Positions 1-9,296 are shown, counted from the first letter of the stretch. The stretch: DNA of 25,561 nucleotides from Armatimonadota bacterium (GCA_039679675.1 JBDKUN010000061.1:1-25561); one strand, 5' to 3'. Translations and numbers: made by a program. Notes: generated by a model not told the origin, from the letters alone.

Positions 1-290
1 CAGCCAATTCGGAAGAGTCGGCAAGTGCTGCAGAGGAGCTTTCAAGCCAGGCAGAAGAGATGAGAAGCCTGGTGGCAAGGTTCAAGTTAAGCAATGCCTC
101 TAACAGCTACTCCAGCCCAAGAGCAGCACAGAGTGCAAACTATCAGCTGCCTGCTCAGCCAAAGAAACAACCCGAGAAGGTGCTCGTCGGGGCCGGCGCA
201 GGCCGGAAGAATGGCAAGAATGGATCTCACCCCATAGATCCAAGGAAAGCCATCCCATTTGACGACGACCAAACGCTACAGGAGTTCTAG
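1..290 (+). CDS. Methyl-accepting chemotaxis protein, C-terminal fragment (5' truncated by the window)
   Basis: The frame from base 3 reads ANSEESASAAEELSSQAEEMRSLVARFKL, the MCP C-terminal methylation helix. A flexible tail follows, ending FDDDQTLQEF-stop. The ATG at 60 is internal. Confidence 0.88.
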   Translation, partial: ANSEESASAAEELSSQAEEMRSLVARFKLSNASNSYSSPRAAQSANYQLPAQPKKQPEKVLVGAGAGRKNGKNGSHPIDPRKAIPFDDDQTLQEF

Positions 291-298
291 TAGACTCC

Positions 299-341
299 AA
301 TAAACTGAGGGCACCCAGGGTGACGGGTGCCCTCAGTTATT
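299..341 (+). terminator. Intrinsic terminator-like hairpin after the MCP gene
   Basis: Perfect 14-bp stem AACTGAGGGCACCC (303-316) / GGGTGCCCTCAGTT (325-338) with an 8-nt loop and AT-rich flanks, starting 12 nt after the stop codon. Confidence 0.75.
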
Positions 342-563
342 CATCAGCATTCGTTCCCTCTAGAGTTTCAGGAGATAAAGTAACAGCCTTACAGCTATAT
401 AGACAGTTCTCTGATATAGCTTTATCTGTTGATTTTACACTTACACCTGAAACTCTCCCGGAGGATTTTCGGCAACAGATAATATATGATTGGCCGTTAA
501 TCAATCAGCCGAAAATCTATAGTTGTTGGGTATAATCTCCAAAACTCCCTGCGGAGGCGCATT

Positions 564-872
564 GTGACGAAGATTAGAAACCTTTTCGAGCTGGTAGAGT
601 TTCCGAAGGAAGGAATTCTGAGCAAAACCATTACAGAGAAGCCTTCCGGCGAGGTCAGCATCTTTATGGTGCCTAAAGGCGAGAAGATTTCCAGCCACAC
701 TTCATCGCGGGATGCGACGGTTCAGATTATCCGCGGCGAAGCGGACTGGCAGCTTGGAGATGACTGGAGCCGGGTCAAACCGGGGGACTGGTTTTTTATG
801 CCCGCCGGACTACTGCATGCCATAAACGCTGTGGAAGACCTGGTATTCCTACTCACTCTATTTGGGCAGTGA
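564..872 (+). CDS. Cupin domain protein
   Basis: GTG start with GGAGG at 553-557. Cupin motif 1 (GEKISSHTS..DATVQIIRGEA) and motif 2 (PGDWFFMPAGLLHAI). Confidence 0.88.
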   Translation: MTKIRNLFELVEFPKEGILSKTITEKPSGEVSIFMVPKGEKISSHTSSRDATVQIIRGEADWQLGDDWSRVKPGDWFFMPAGLLHAINAVEDLVFLLTLFGQ

Positions 873-880
873 GGTAACTT

Positions 881-2110
881 ATGCGCGTATCAACTGCCAT
901 CTTGGCCATACTGCTGTTAGCCAGTCTTCTTGGATGCAGGGGACAGGCTCCAAAGAAGAACACCGGCGCTGCATCGTCTTCAAGCAATACTAATGCAGAT
1001 CTGCCTCCACCTGGCCAACCGGAAGTCGGAAGAACGCCTCCCATGCCAAGCCCCGTACGCAGGCCGGTTGTGAACGAATTCAAGGTCGAGGTATTCGCTT
1101 CCGGTTTGGTCGTGCCATGGGACATGGCGTTCGCGCCGGACGGACGGGTTTACGTTACGGAACGCCCCGGTAGAGTCAGGTTGATCGAAAATGGCGTGCT
1201 CCGCCAGCAGCCTTACGCAGTTATAAACGTCTCCGCTGAAGGTGAAGGCGGGCTAATGGGGATAGCACTTCATCCCCATTACCCAAACCCCCGCACAGTC
1301 TACCTGATGTATACTTACACAAGTGGAGGAGCCACATATAACCGCATAAGCCGGTTTACGGACACAGGAAGCGGGCTGACTGATGAGCAGTCAGTCGTAA
1401 CAGGTATTCCCGGAGCAAGTGTCCACAACGGCGGAATAATTCGCTTCGGCCCGGACGGCATGCTCTACGCCGGAACCGGAGACGCAAGAAAGCCTGAGCT
1501 TGCACAGGACAGGTCATCACTCGCAGGTAAAATCCTCAGAATGACACCGGAAGGCAGGCCTCCTGGTGATAATCCGTTTCATAACTCGCTGGTCTACGCT
1601 TACGGCTTTCGCAATGTTCAGGGACTCGCATGGAACCCGAAAAACAACGATTTATGGGTTACGAACCACGGCCCGACAGGTGAATTCGGCCTTAGAGCTA
1701 AGGATTCGGTCTATATCGTTCAAAAAGGTGGGAATCACGGATGGCCGCGTGTTCTGGGCGTCACAAATAGGCGCGGCGTAGTAAACCCGATACTCTTTTT
1801 TCCGAATACAGCTGTTGCACCTGGACGGGCGACGTTCTATGATGCGGACCTGATGCCGGGACTCAAGAGGAATTTCTTCTTCACGACGCTTATAGGAGAA
1901 CATCTTGAGCGCATAATCCTGTCCGGGCCAAGAAAGATAGAGAGAATAGAGCGGTGGTGGGAAACGGGCACTCAGGCTGGCCGGTATGGGCGGCTGCGTG
2001 CAGTGGTCCAGGGCACAGATGGGCGGCTTTACGTCTCCACCAGCAACCGCGACGGGCGCGGCAGCGTACAACCGGGGGACGATAAGATACTTCGAATCGG
2101 GCCAAAGTAG
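881..2110 (+). CDS. PQQ-dependent sugar dehydrogenase (glucose/sorbosone dehydrogenase family), predicted lipoprotein
   Basis: GAGGT RBS; signal peptide with lipobox LLGC and a Pro-rich linker. Family motifs: PWDMAFAPDG..VTERPG, GEGGLMGIALHP, HNGGIIRFGPDGMLY, GKILR, YAYGFRNVQG, GRLRAV..G.DG.LYVSTSNRDGRG. Confidence 0.9.
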   Translation: MRVSTAILAILLLASLLGCRGQAPKKNTGAASSSSNTNADLPPPGQPEVGRTPPMPSPVRRPVVNEFKVEVFASGLVVPWDMAFAPDGRVYVTERPGRVRLIENGVLRQQPYAVINVSAEGEGGLMGIALHPHYPNPRTVYLMYTYTSGGATYNRISRFTDTGSGLTDEQSVVTGIPGASVHNGGIIRFGPDGMLYAGTGDARKPELAQDRSSLAGKILRMTPEGRPPGDNPFHNSLVYAYGFRNVQGLAWNPKNNDLWVTNHGPTGEFGLRAKDSVYIVQKGGNHGWPRVLGVTNRRGVVNPILFFPNTAVAPGRATFYDADLMPGLKRNFFFTTLIGEHLERIILSGPRKIERIERWWETGTQAGRYGRLRAVVQGTDGRLYVSTSNRDGRGSVQPGDDKILRIGPK

Positions 2111-2184
2111 TTTTCAGCTATCAGCTTTCAGGCCACCACTTAGGTTGATTTTCAACACAGCCAGGATCAGCAGAGAATTACAGA

Positions 2185-3465
2185 TCACTGCTTGGCAGGT
2201 TTTCCTAGATCCTGTATCTTTATCCCCGCGCTCTCACCGGCGACCCAACCGGTCGAAAAAGCTGCCTGGAGGTTATAACCGCCTGTTATCGCATCGATAT
2301 CTATGACTTCACCGACGAAATACAGCCCTGATACCAGCCGGGACTCCATCGTTTTGGGGTTTATCTCGCGAATATACACGCCGCCTGCCGTTACAATCGC
2401 CTCGTCTGGCGGGCGAAGTGACTTTATGGTCAGGCTCAGGCTGCGAAGCAGTTCCACCATCCGCCTGCGCTCTTTGGCCGTGATCTTGTTGACCGGTTGG
2501 TGCTCCGGGATTCCAGATAATCTGATAAATACCGGGATGAGTCCCCTCGGCAGAAGCTCCGGCAGGTAGTTTACAAAGTGCTTCGTGCCGGTGAAGTCCC
2601 GGATAAGCCGCTGGTCGAGCTGTTCGTCCGAAAGCGCCGGTTTCAGGTCTATGGAAAGCTTCAGCTTGACCTTCCCGACGAGGTCGATGATTTTCCGGCT
2701 CAAGGTGAGAATGATCGGGCCGGAGACACCGAAATGGGTGAATAGCATCTCTCCGAACTGCCTTCCGATCAGCTTATGTTTGCCGGTATCTTCGACTTTA
2801 TAAAGCTTTGCCTCGACATTTTTCAAGCTCAAGCCCTGAAGCTCGCGCACCCAGGGTTCCGCCGCGACCATCGCCGTAAGCGACGGCCTTGGGTTTATCA
2901 CATTATGCCCTGCTTCCGCCGCCATTTTATAGCCATCACCGGTCGAGCCCGTCTTTGGATATGTAATCCCCCCTGTCGCAAGGATAACCGAATCCCCTCT
3001 GACCGGGCCTGAGTAAGTATCGACACCTGCTGCCCGGCCGTCTTCTACGATGATCGATTTTGCCCGCACATTCCGCTTGATCTCGACTCCAAGACTGCGT
3101 ATCCAGCCCTCAAGCGCATCGGCAACATCGTCCGCATCATCCGAGACGGGAAATACCCTACCGCCTCGCTCGACCTTGGTCTCGACTTTAAGCCGTTTGA
3201 GTAACGCAATCAGGTCATCGCGAAAGAACCTCGAAAATACACCGTAGAGGAATTTGCCGTTTTCTCCGAAAGCTGCAATGAACTCGTTTTTGTCAGCCGT
3301 ATTGGTGATGTTTGCGCGTCCCTTGCCAGCGATTCGGAGCTTTCTCGCGGCGCGCGGGCCGCGCTCGATGAGCACTACCTTCGCGCCGCACTCAGCCGCC
3401 CGTCCAGCAGCGACAAGCCCGCCTGCGCCAGCACCAATTACTATGATTTTATGGTCTTCAGTCAT
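2185..3465 (-). CDS. HI0933/YhiN-family NAD(P)/FAD-dependent flavoprotein
   Basis: Motifs IGAGAGG, RKLRIAGKGRANITN, GRVFP, ILATGGITYPKTGSTGDGY, LFTHFGVSGP, AIVTAGGV, GEVIDIDAITGGYNLQAAFSTG. ATG at 3465 (MTEDHK) has AGGA upstream and is preferred over the track start at 3480. Confidence 0.92.
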   Translation of the reverse strand: MTEDHKIIVIGAGAGGLVAAGRAAECGAKVVLIERGPRAARKLRIAGKGRANITNTADKNEFIAAFGENGKFLYGVFSRFFRDDLIALLKRLKVETKVERGGRVFPVSDDADDVADALEGWIRSLGVEIKRNVRAKSIIVEDGRAAGVDTYSGPVRGDSVILATGGITYPKTGSTGDGYKMAAEAGHNVINPRPSLTAMVAAEPWVRELQGLSLKNVEAKLYKVEDTGKHKLIGRQFGEMLFTHFGVSGPIILTLSRKIIDLVGKVKLKLSIDLKPALSDEQLDQRLIRDFTGTKHFVNYLPELLPRGLIPVFIRLSGIPEHQPVNKITAKERRRMVELLRSLSLTIKSLRPPDEAIVTAGGVYIREINPKTMESRLVSGLYFVGEVIDIDAITGGYNLQAAFSTGWVAGESAGIKIQDLGKPAKQ

Positions 3466-3472
3466 CTTTCCT

Positions 3473-3513
3473 AAAACCAAAAACGGGTGACGAGGAAATC
3501 CCCATCACCCGTT
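3473..3513 (-). terminator. Intrinsic terminator after ftsZ
   Basis: Minus strand reads AACGGGTGATGGGG-ATTT-CCTCGTCACCCGTT followed by TTTGGTTTT. Confidence 0.8.
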
Positions 3514-3535
3514 ATCTATTGCTTATTTTCGAGAA

Positions 3536-4681
3536 TTATCTTCTTCGAAGGAAGGCGGGAATGTCCAGCTCGCTTTCGCCGACTATCGAAGGAATGGTTT
3601 CCTCGACAGGTATCTGCTGGCCACGTTCTGCGCCTCGCTCGTCTCTTTGCTCCGGCTGAGTTCGAGCAGCTCTCTCCGCGGGAACAGGTTCGGCTTTCGC
3701 CTCCTGCTTCTGCGCCGGTTTCTCAGGTCTCGTCGCGTCGAACCCGGTAGCCAGAACGGTGATTCTCACTTCTCCGACCATCGACTCATCCACTACGGTT
3801 CCGAAGATGATGTTTACATGCTCCTCATCGGTCGCTTTGTAGATGATCTCAGCTGCTTCGTAGACTTCCGAAAGCGTAAGATCGGGTCCGCCGGTGATAT
3901 TTAACAGCACACCCCTCGCGCCGTCTATCGAAGTCTCAAGAAGTGGGCTCGCTGTGGCGGCCTGCGCTGCCTGGATGGCTCTCTGTTCGCCGCTTCCGTG
4001 GCCAATGCCCATCAGTGCCGATCCCTGGTTCTGCATGATCGCCTTCACATCGGCGAAGTCCACATTGATCATACCAGGGATTGTAATGATGTCCGAAATC
4101 CCCTGGACTCCCTGGCGAAGAACGTCGTCAGCCACACGGAACGCATCCGTGAGCGTCGCGCGCTTGTCCACAACGGACAGGATTCTATCGTTCGGGATGG
4201 TGATAAGCGTATCGACCTTATCCCGCAGGTCTTCGACTCCGATTTCAGCGGATTTAGCCCGCTTTGCACCCTCGAAGCTGAACGGCCTGGTAACGACAGC
4301 CACTGTAAGAGCGCCGAGTTCTTTCGACATCTCGGCTATCACCCCGGCCGATCCGGTACCGGTCCCGCCGCCCATACCGGCGGTTATGAAGACCATATCT
4401 GCTCCTTCGAGCACTTTTCTTATGTCCTGACGGGACTCCTCAGCCGATCTGCGGCCCACGTCCGGGTCGCCTCCAGCTCCAAGCCCCTTTGTAAGATTCT
4501 CACCTAGTTGGAGTTTATGCTCCGCCGCCGACAGGTTGAGCACCTGCATGTCGGTGTTCATCGCGACGAAATCGACACCAGCTACGCCGGCTTCGATCAT
4601 CCGATTAACGGCGTTACTTCCTCCTCCGCCAACTCCGATAACTTTTATCCTGGCGTAGCGATCGTCGCCATTTACCATCAC
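3536..4681 (-). CDS. ftsZ: Cell division GTPase FtsZ
   Basis: Motifs [36 protein letters not shown] and C-terminal peptide [11 protein letters not shown]. Start is GTG 4681 or ATG 4678. Confidence 0.99.
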   Translation of the reverse strand: MMVNGDDRYARIKVIGVGGGGSNAVNRMIEAGVAGVDFVAMNTDMQVLNLSAAEHKLQLGENLTKGLGAGGDPDVGRRSAEESRQDIRKVLEGADMVFITAGMGGGTGTGSAGVIAEMSKELGALTVAVVTRPFSFEGAKRAKSAEIGVEDLRDKVDTLITIPNDRILSVVDKRATLTDAFRVADDVLRQGVQGISDIITIPGMINVDFADVKAIMQNQGSALMGIGHGSGEQRAIQAAQAATASPLLETSIDGARGVLLNITGGPDLTLSEVYEAAEIIYKATDEEHVNIIFGTVVDESMVGEVRITVLATGFDATRPEKPAQKQEAKAEPVPAERAARTQPEQRDERGAERGQQIPVEETIPSIVGESELDIPAFLRRR

Positions 4682-4822
4682 TATACCGCTCCCCTCTCTT
4701 GTCGGTCACATGTCTGATATATCAAATACTGCTAAATGCTATTTTCTGTAATATACTTCCTACTTAGGCATCTATGCCCTGGAAGCCTCTGTAAATTGCA
4801 AACGACTATTAAAAAAGATTAA

Positions 4823-6046
4823 TTACCTAAACAACCGTCTGATGCCGGTGACTACATTGGCAATAAGGCTGGGCGATTTCCCGTTGTCCTTCGCATTTGC
4901 ACTGTGTCTTGCAACGAACTTTACAAGCCCCACAGCAGTCGAGAAAATCGGACTGGCAACTGAATCGACCATCCCGCCGACTCCTCTTGGCGACTCGATC
5001 CGCGAAGGAGTCTCAAGTATTTTGGTCGACATCTCCATTATACCCGGAAGAAGCGCCGTGCCTCCCGTGAGGGCTATTCCCATCGGCAGAAGCCCCAGAT
5101 AGCCGGACCGGTCTATCTCCCGCTTCGCCATTTCGAATATCTCTTCCACGCGCGGCTCTATCAACTGCGCAAGAACATGCTGCGGCAGGCTCTTCGGCTC
5201 TGTCGATCCGAGCGCAGCCACCTCGAACATCGCGCCGGGCTCGACCATATCTTCACTGGCCCGTCCAAACTCTTTCTTTACCCGTTCGGCTTCGTCATGA
5301 GCGGTCTGGAGCCCGACAGCTATGTCATGGGTGATGTGGGTACCGCCTACCGGGAGCACAGCCGTATAATAGACCTCTCCATCTACAAATATCGCAATAT
5401 CCGTAGTCCCGCCGCCTATATCGATGACCGCGACCCCAAGGTCTCTTTCTTCCTGGCTCGTTACAGCCAGCCCGGAAGCGATAGAAGCCAGCACTGTCTC
5501 TTCCACTTCGACGCCGGCCTTGGTCACGCTCTTAACGACGTTCTGAAGGAAGCTCGTGGACCCTGTAACTATATGGGTCTCGACCTCCAGGCGGCGCCCG
5601 GACATACCAATTGGGTCCTTGATGCCGGTCTGGCCGTCGATTGTGAACCCTCTGGGAATAGCGTGGATAATCTCCCGCTCCGGGGGAAGGACGATGACGC
5701 GGGATGCGTCCAGCACCCGTTCTACATGCTCGCGCCGGACCTCATGGTCCTCCTGGGTGACTGCGACTCTGCCGGGGCTGTTAAGTGAGGAGACATGCTC
5801 GCCGGTGACGCCGACGATGGCAGTGTGGATCTCAACGCCAGAAATTCTCTGCGCCAGGCCCACTGCTTCCCGTATTCCAGCTGATGTCGCGTCCATGTCA
5901 ACGACAACCCCGCGCTTAAGCCCCGCGCAGGGCACTGTGCCGACACCTATGACGTCTACACGCCCGTCGTCGAATACTTCAGCGACTGTCGCGCATATTT
6001 TCGTCGATCCTATATCTAATCCGGCAAATATCTCACTTTTAGCCAC
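4823..6046 (-). CDS. ftsA: Cell division protein FtsA
   Basis: Motifs GLDIGSTKI, GLKRGVVVD, DPIGMSG, IDIGGGTTD, LTGG, FSTAVGL and an amphipathic C-terminus. GTG start with GGAGGT. Confidence 0.97.
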   Translation of the reverse strand: MAKSEIFAGLDIGSTKICATVAEVFDDGRVDVIGVGTVPCAGLKRGVVVDMDATSAGIREAVGLAQRISGVEIHTAIVGVTGEHVSSLNSPGRVAVTQEDHEVRREHVERVLDASRVIVLPPEREIIHAIPRGFTIDGQTGIKDPIGMSGRRLEVETHIVTGSTSFLQNVVKSVTKAGVEVEETVLASIASGLAVTSQEERDLGVAVIDIGGGTTDIAIFVDGEVYYTAVLPVGGTHITHDIAVGLQTAHDEAERVKKEFGRASEDMVEPGAMFEVAALGSTEPKSLPQHVLAQLIEPRVEEIFEMAKREIDRSGYLGLLPMGIALTGGTALLPGIMEMSTKILETPSRIESPRGVGGMVDSVASPIFSTAVGLVKFVARHSANAKDNGKSPSLIANVVTGIRRLFR

Positions 6047-6186
6047 GGTTACCTCCGAGACGCATTAAACGCCCGCCCAAAATATTATGTATAGAATATC
6101 AACAACCCGTGGCAGGTGTTGCATATCCTAGTCATTTATACGGTCGAGATGACCCAAAGTGTTCCTAGAAGCCTATCCTTGCCCCT

Positions 6187-6546
6187 TTATCTGTCTCGTT
6201 TCTTTCCGAGGGCCGCTTTCGTCAGCCAGTATCTGCGTATCAGCGAAAGGTTCAGGAACACCCGCCCACCAAGTACTACGACGGCAGCCAGAAACAGGTT
6301 GACCCCTATCTGGTCTCCGAAATAGGCCAGCGCCGCCGCAAGAATCGTATTGACGGCAAAACCGGAGATGAATATATCTCCATGGAACTTGCCTTCGAGC
6401 CCCGCCCGAATTCCGCCGAAAAACGAATCAAGTCCAGCCAGCGTGCCAAGAGACAGATAGCTCGCCAGGTAGCTTGGCACCCTAATATCCTGCGTGTATA
6501 TCGCTAAAAACCCTGCAATAAGACCCACCAGGGGAAGCCAAGCCAT
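6187..6546 (-). CDS. sbp: DUF1290 small basic membrane protein (Sbp-like)
   Basis: Motifs YLSLGTLAGLDSFFGGIRA, F...IFISGF..N, YFGD.IGVNL, GGRVFLNLS.IRR. Canonical position upstream of ftsA. Confidence 0.9.
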   Translation of the reverse strand: MAWLPLVGLIAGFLAIYTQDIRVPSYLASYLSLGTLAGLDSFFGGIRAGLEGKFHGDIFISGFAVNTILAAALAYFGDQIGVNLFLAAVVVLGGRVFLNLSLIRRYWLTKAALGKKRDR

Positions 6547-6601
6547 ATTCAGATTTCCTCTTCCATTGTTACAATATTATCAAAACAAGCCCTTATGCAA
6601 A

Positions 6602-7321
6602 TCATCGACTTGATTCCATAGGCTTTGCCCATCTATACGATGTTAATTCCGCAGGTTTTACCATAATGTGGTTTTCCTGCTTTATCGTGACCATTTTAGA
6701 ATCAGGGAAGCTGTCTACAATTCCCTGAGGCATCCTGAGAGCACCTTCCAACGTCTTCGGGTCGCCTACGGCCTTGATCTCATATGGAGCAACCAGCGGC
6801 CAGTTGTTGATCTGTATGTTATTCCCGGCGCATCTGATGGCTGATCTTGAAGTTACACGCTGATCGTTGACCGATATAGCTTCAGCTCCAGCATTAACCA
6901 ACTCGTTTATAAAGTTTCTTATATCGGAATCGTGTATAATCAGGTCGATGGGAGCGGTCCCGCTCGACGGTTTCTCCGGACTGTCTCTCAGCTGCAGGAC
7001 TATCCCTGCACCTTCAACCGGAGTCAGTCCTGCCCTGAACTTTGCATCCTGCAGTTCTTTGATGATGGCACCTGCTCTAGGTGAACCCTCTCCGACCTGC
7101 TTTTCGTACGTAGTAATCTTTTCCTGCAGGAGCCCAACCTGATCCTTGAGCATCTTGTTCTGCTGCTTGGAGTCCCTTAAAGCATCGATCAAGGCACGGA
7201 GGTTGGTCGGCACATTGTTTTCAACGCCTACCTGCTGCTGCGTCTTTAGCGACACCGCAAGCAGCATGCCGAGTATTACGCTCATTATAGTAATTTTAGT
7301 AATCCACGAATCGTTACGCAC
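6602..7321 (-). CDS. DUF881 family protein (YlxW/YlxX-like)
   Basis: N-terminal TM helix and coiled coil. Motifs AGLTPVEGAGI...L.D, IHDSDI...INEL..AGAEAISVNDQR....SAIRCAG, PYEIKAVGDP. Start codon (GTG) is uncertain. Confidence 0.92.
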   Translation of the reverse strand: MRNDSWITKITIMSVILGMLLAVSLKTQQQVGVENNVPTNLRALIDALRDSKQQNKMLKDQVGLLQEKITTYEKQVGEGSPRAGAIIKELQDAKFRAGLTPVEGAGIVLQLRDSPEKPSSGTAPIDLIIHDSDIRNFINELVNAGAEAISVNDQRVTSRSAIRCAGNNIQINNWPLVAPYEIKAVGDPKTLEGALRMPQGIVDSFPDSKMVTIKQENHIMVKPAELTSYRWAKPMESSR

Positions 7322-7388
7322 AGAATATACTCTTATTTATGAGTTTTAAAACTCTCCCGGAAGATATTTATAATAAACTGTGAAAATT

Positions 7389-8264
7389 TCAGTCCTTGGC
7401 CCCGTCCCCGACCGGCACATTGATTTTTCGCTTCCAGACGGGTTTATCATAGCAACTTATGTCTACATATAGCAGGCTTTCGCCCCTGTCTCTGAGCGCC
7501 GGAAGCATCTTCTGAAGAGTTTCCAATTTCTTAGGAATTTCAACCGGCTGGCCCAGTTTTATATAGAAGTTACTTCCAATATTTAAACACAGATTCCCTG
7601 CTGGGTCAACGGATATTTTGTCAATACTGCACTTAGCACTCCTGCAGTCGGAAATACAAGCCAAAGCGCTCAAAAGCAGCGTATTTTCGGATTTTTTTCC
7701 GAGAGAAAGCTCCGAATAATGTTCACCGGAAAGTTCGACGACCGGAACAGCCATTGAAAGTTTGTCGGATTTATGAAATGGTATTCCCTCCGGATCAACG
7801 AGCAGGTAACTTTGAGGCTGCGATTTCGATTCGGGGGCTAAAAGTGGTGTAATAGCTGCGTACGGCGTCCGTTCCTTCACCCGCACGACGACTGTTTTGG
7901 GCAAAATCCTCCCGATGCCGACCTGGCTGATCTCTGGTCTATTTTTCATCACTCGCTCAGTGATGCGTCCCCTTGAGATAAGCAGGATGTTTTTTCCTAC
8001 GACCGCTGACCGAACATCGAGTTCTACAGAACCGGCATCCACAAGCCGGGTCCCGATAATTTTCACCTGTTTGACACTGAGTTTGGGAGTAGTGAGGAGC
8101 TGGTAACACCCGTATCCGATGCCCGCAAGGCCGATCACGATGACGAGCGGCCACAACAACCGGCGGAGCTTGAACCGCCGCCGGTTTCTTAACGGCCTGC
8201 GCTTATATGCGCGTCTTGTCGTCGTCGATCTACGGGTAGACCGAGCGGACCTGGTCCTTCGCAA
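7389..8264 (-). CDS. ftsQ: Cell division protein FtsQ/DivIB
   Basis: Basic cytoplasmic tail, single TM helix, POTRA domain (VKQVKIIG...GKNILLI...RILPKTVVVRVKERTPYA), C-terminal YVDI. Located after ddl; TTG start. Confidence 0.88.
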   Translation of the reverse strand: MRRTRSARSTRRSTTTRRAYKRRPLRNRRRFKLRRLLWPLVIVIGLAGIGYGCYQLLTTPKLSVKQVKIIGTRLVDAGSVELDVRSAVVGKNILLISRGRITERVMKNRPEISQVGIGRILPKTVVVRVKERTPYAAITPLLAPESKSQPQSYLLVDPEGIPFHKSDKLSMAVPVVELSGEHYSELSLGKKSENTLLLSALACISDCRSAKCSIDKISVDPAGNLCLNIGSNFYIKLGQPVEIPKKLETLQKMLPALRDRGESLLYVDISCYDKPVWKRKINVPVGDGAKD

Positions 8265-8267
8265 GGG

Positions 8268-9296
8268 TTACTCCTCTTCAAGTGCTAGCTGGATCAACCT
8301 GTCCAGAAGGCCGGGGAACTCGATCCCCGCTGCTTTGGCTGCCGTCGGAAGAAGGCTCGTCGGCGTCATTCCGGGGATGGTGTTTACTTCCAGCACAACG
8401 ATCTCACCGTCCGGTTTTACTATCATATCGACTCTCGACATCCCGCGGCATCCGAGCGCCTTGTGGGATGCGAGCGCAAGTTTTCTCGCTTTTTCTGCGG
8501 TCTGTCCGGGTATCCGCGCCGGGACTATCTCTTCTGTCGCGCCCGGCGTGTACTTCGCTTCGTAGTCGTAGAACCCCTTGGCGGGAACTATTTCTATGAT
8601 AGGCAGCACCTCAGGATCGCTGTTTCCGAGCACGCCTACGGTGATTTCTGTTCCACATATGAACTGCTCTATCAGCACATGGCTGTCGTATCTGAACGCT
8701 TCTTCGACAGCGGACTCAAGCTCGTTTTCGGACTCCACCTTCCTCATACCGATGGTCGAACCCTGCCTGCTCGGTTTGACGATGACAGGATAGCCGAGCG
8801 GCGCGACCGCGTCTTTCAGGCATATATTCTCAAGCTCGGCCTTTCTGGTAAAGTCGACTGAAACAGGAGCCGGGACTCCCGCTGCCATAAGCACCCGCTT
8901 CGACATTATCTTGTCCATCGCCAGTGCGCTCGCGAGCACTCCGGAGCCGGTATAAGGTATGCCGAGCAGTTCGAGCATCCCCTGAACAGCGCCGTCCTCG
9001 CCGTATTTGCCATGCAGTGCGATAAACGCCACATCCGCCCGCCCAGCTACGTCGGTGATGGAATACATGGGGCTTATACTTGCAAGCCCTTTCTCCACCT
9101 CGGCTATGGCGGCGACTTCCGTCTCGCTTCCGGGAAGTATCCGCCTGACGCTTCCCGCAAAGATCGCCGGATCGACCGGCATTACATCGTATTTAGTCTT
9201 GTCCAGCGACTCCAGGATCATCTTACCTGTAGAAAGAGAAACGGCCCGTTCAGATGATAGGCCGCCCATCAGTACCGCAACTCTCAGCTTACTCAC
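8268..9296 (-). CDS. ddl: D-alanine--D-alanine ligase
   Basis: Motifs MGGLSSERAVSL, ALHGKYGEDG, PYTGSGVLASALAMDK, VKP...GST, FYDYEAKY, EVNTIPGMTPTSL. Confidence 0.98.
   Translation of the reverse strand: MSKLRVAVLMGGLSSERAVSLSTGKMILESLDKTKYDVMPVDPAIFAGSVRRILPGSETEVAAIAEVEKGLASISPMYSITDVAGRADVAFIALHGKYGEDGAVQGMLELLGIPYTGSGVLASALAMDKIMSKRVLMAAGVPAPVSVDFTRKAELENICLKDAVAPLGYPVIVKPSRQGSTIGMRKVESENELESAVEEAFRYDSHVLIEQFICGTEITVGVLGNSDPEVLPIIEIVPAKGFYDYEAKYTPGATEEIVPARIPGQTAEKARKLALASHKALGCRGMSRVDMIVKPDGEIVVLEVNTIPGMTPTSLLPTAAKAAGIEFPGLLDRLIQLALEEE

Noticed and set aside
450..462. 13-mer AAACTCTCCCGGA also found at 7349-7361
   Set aside because: A few exact 13-mer matches are expected by chance in 25 kb, and the flanks do not extend the match.
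320..535. 71-aa ORF in the MCP-cupin spacer, considered as a type I toxin or leader peptide
   Set aside because: It starts inside the terminator loop, has no RBS, and shows no hydrophobic toxin-like helix.
8150..8264. Very Arg-rich N-terminus of FtsQ
   Set aside because: Basic cytoplasmic tails before the TM helix are common in FtsQ/DivIB proteins.
8268..9296. ddl considered as a VanA-type D-Ala-D-Lac ligase
   Set aside because: The omega loop FYDYEAKY and the dcw context fit an ordinary D-Ala-D-Ala ligase; no van genes are nearby.
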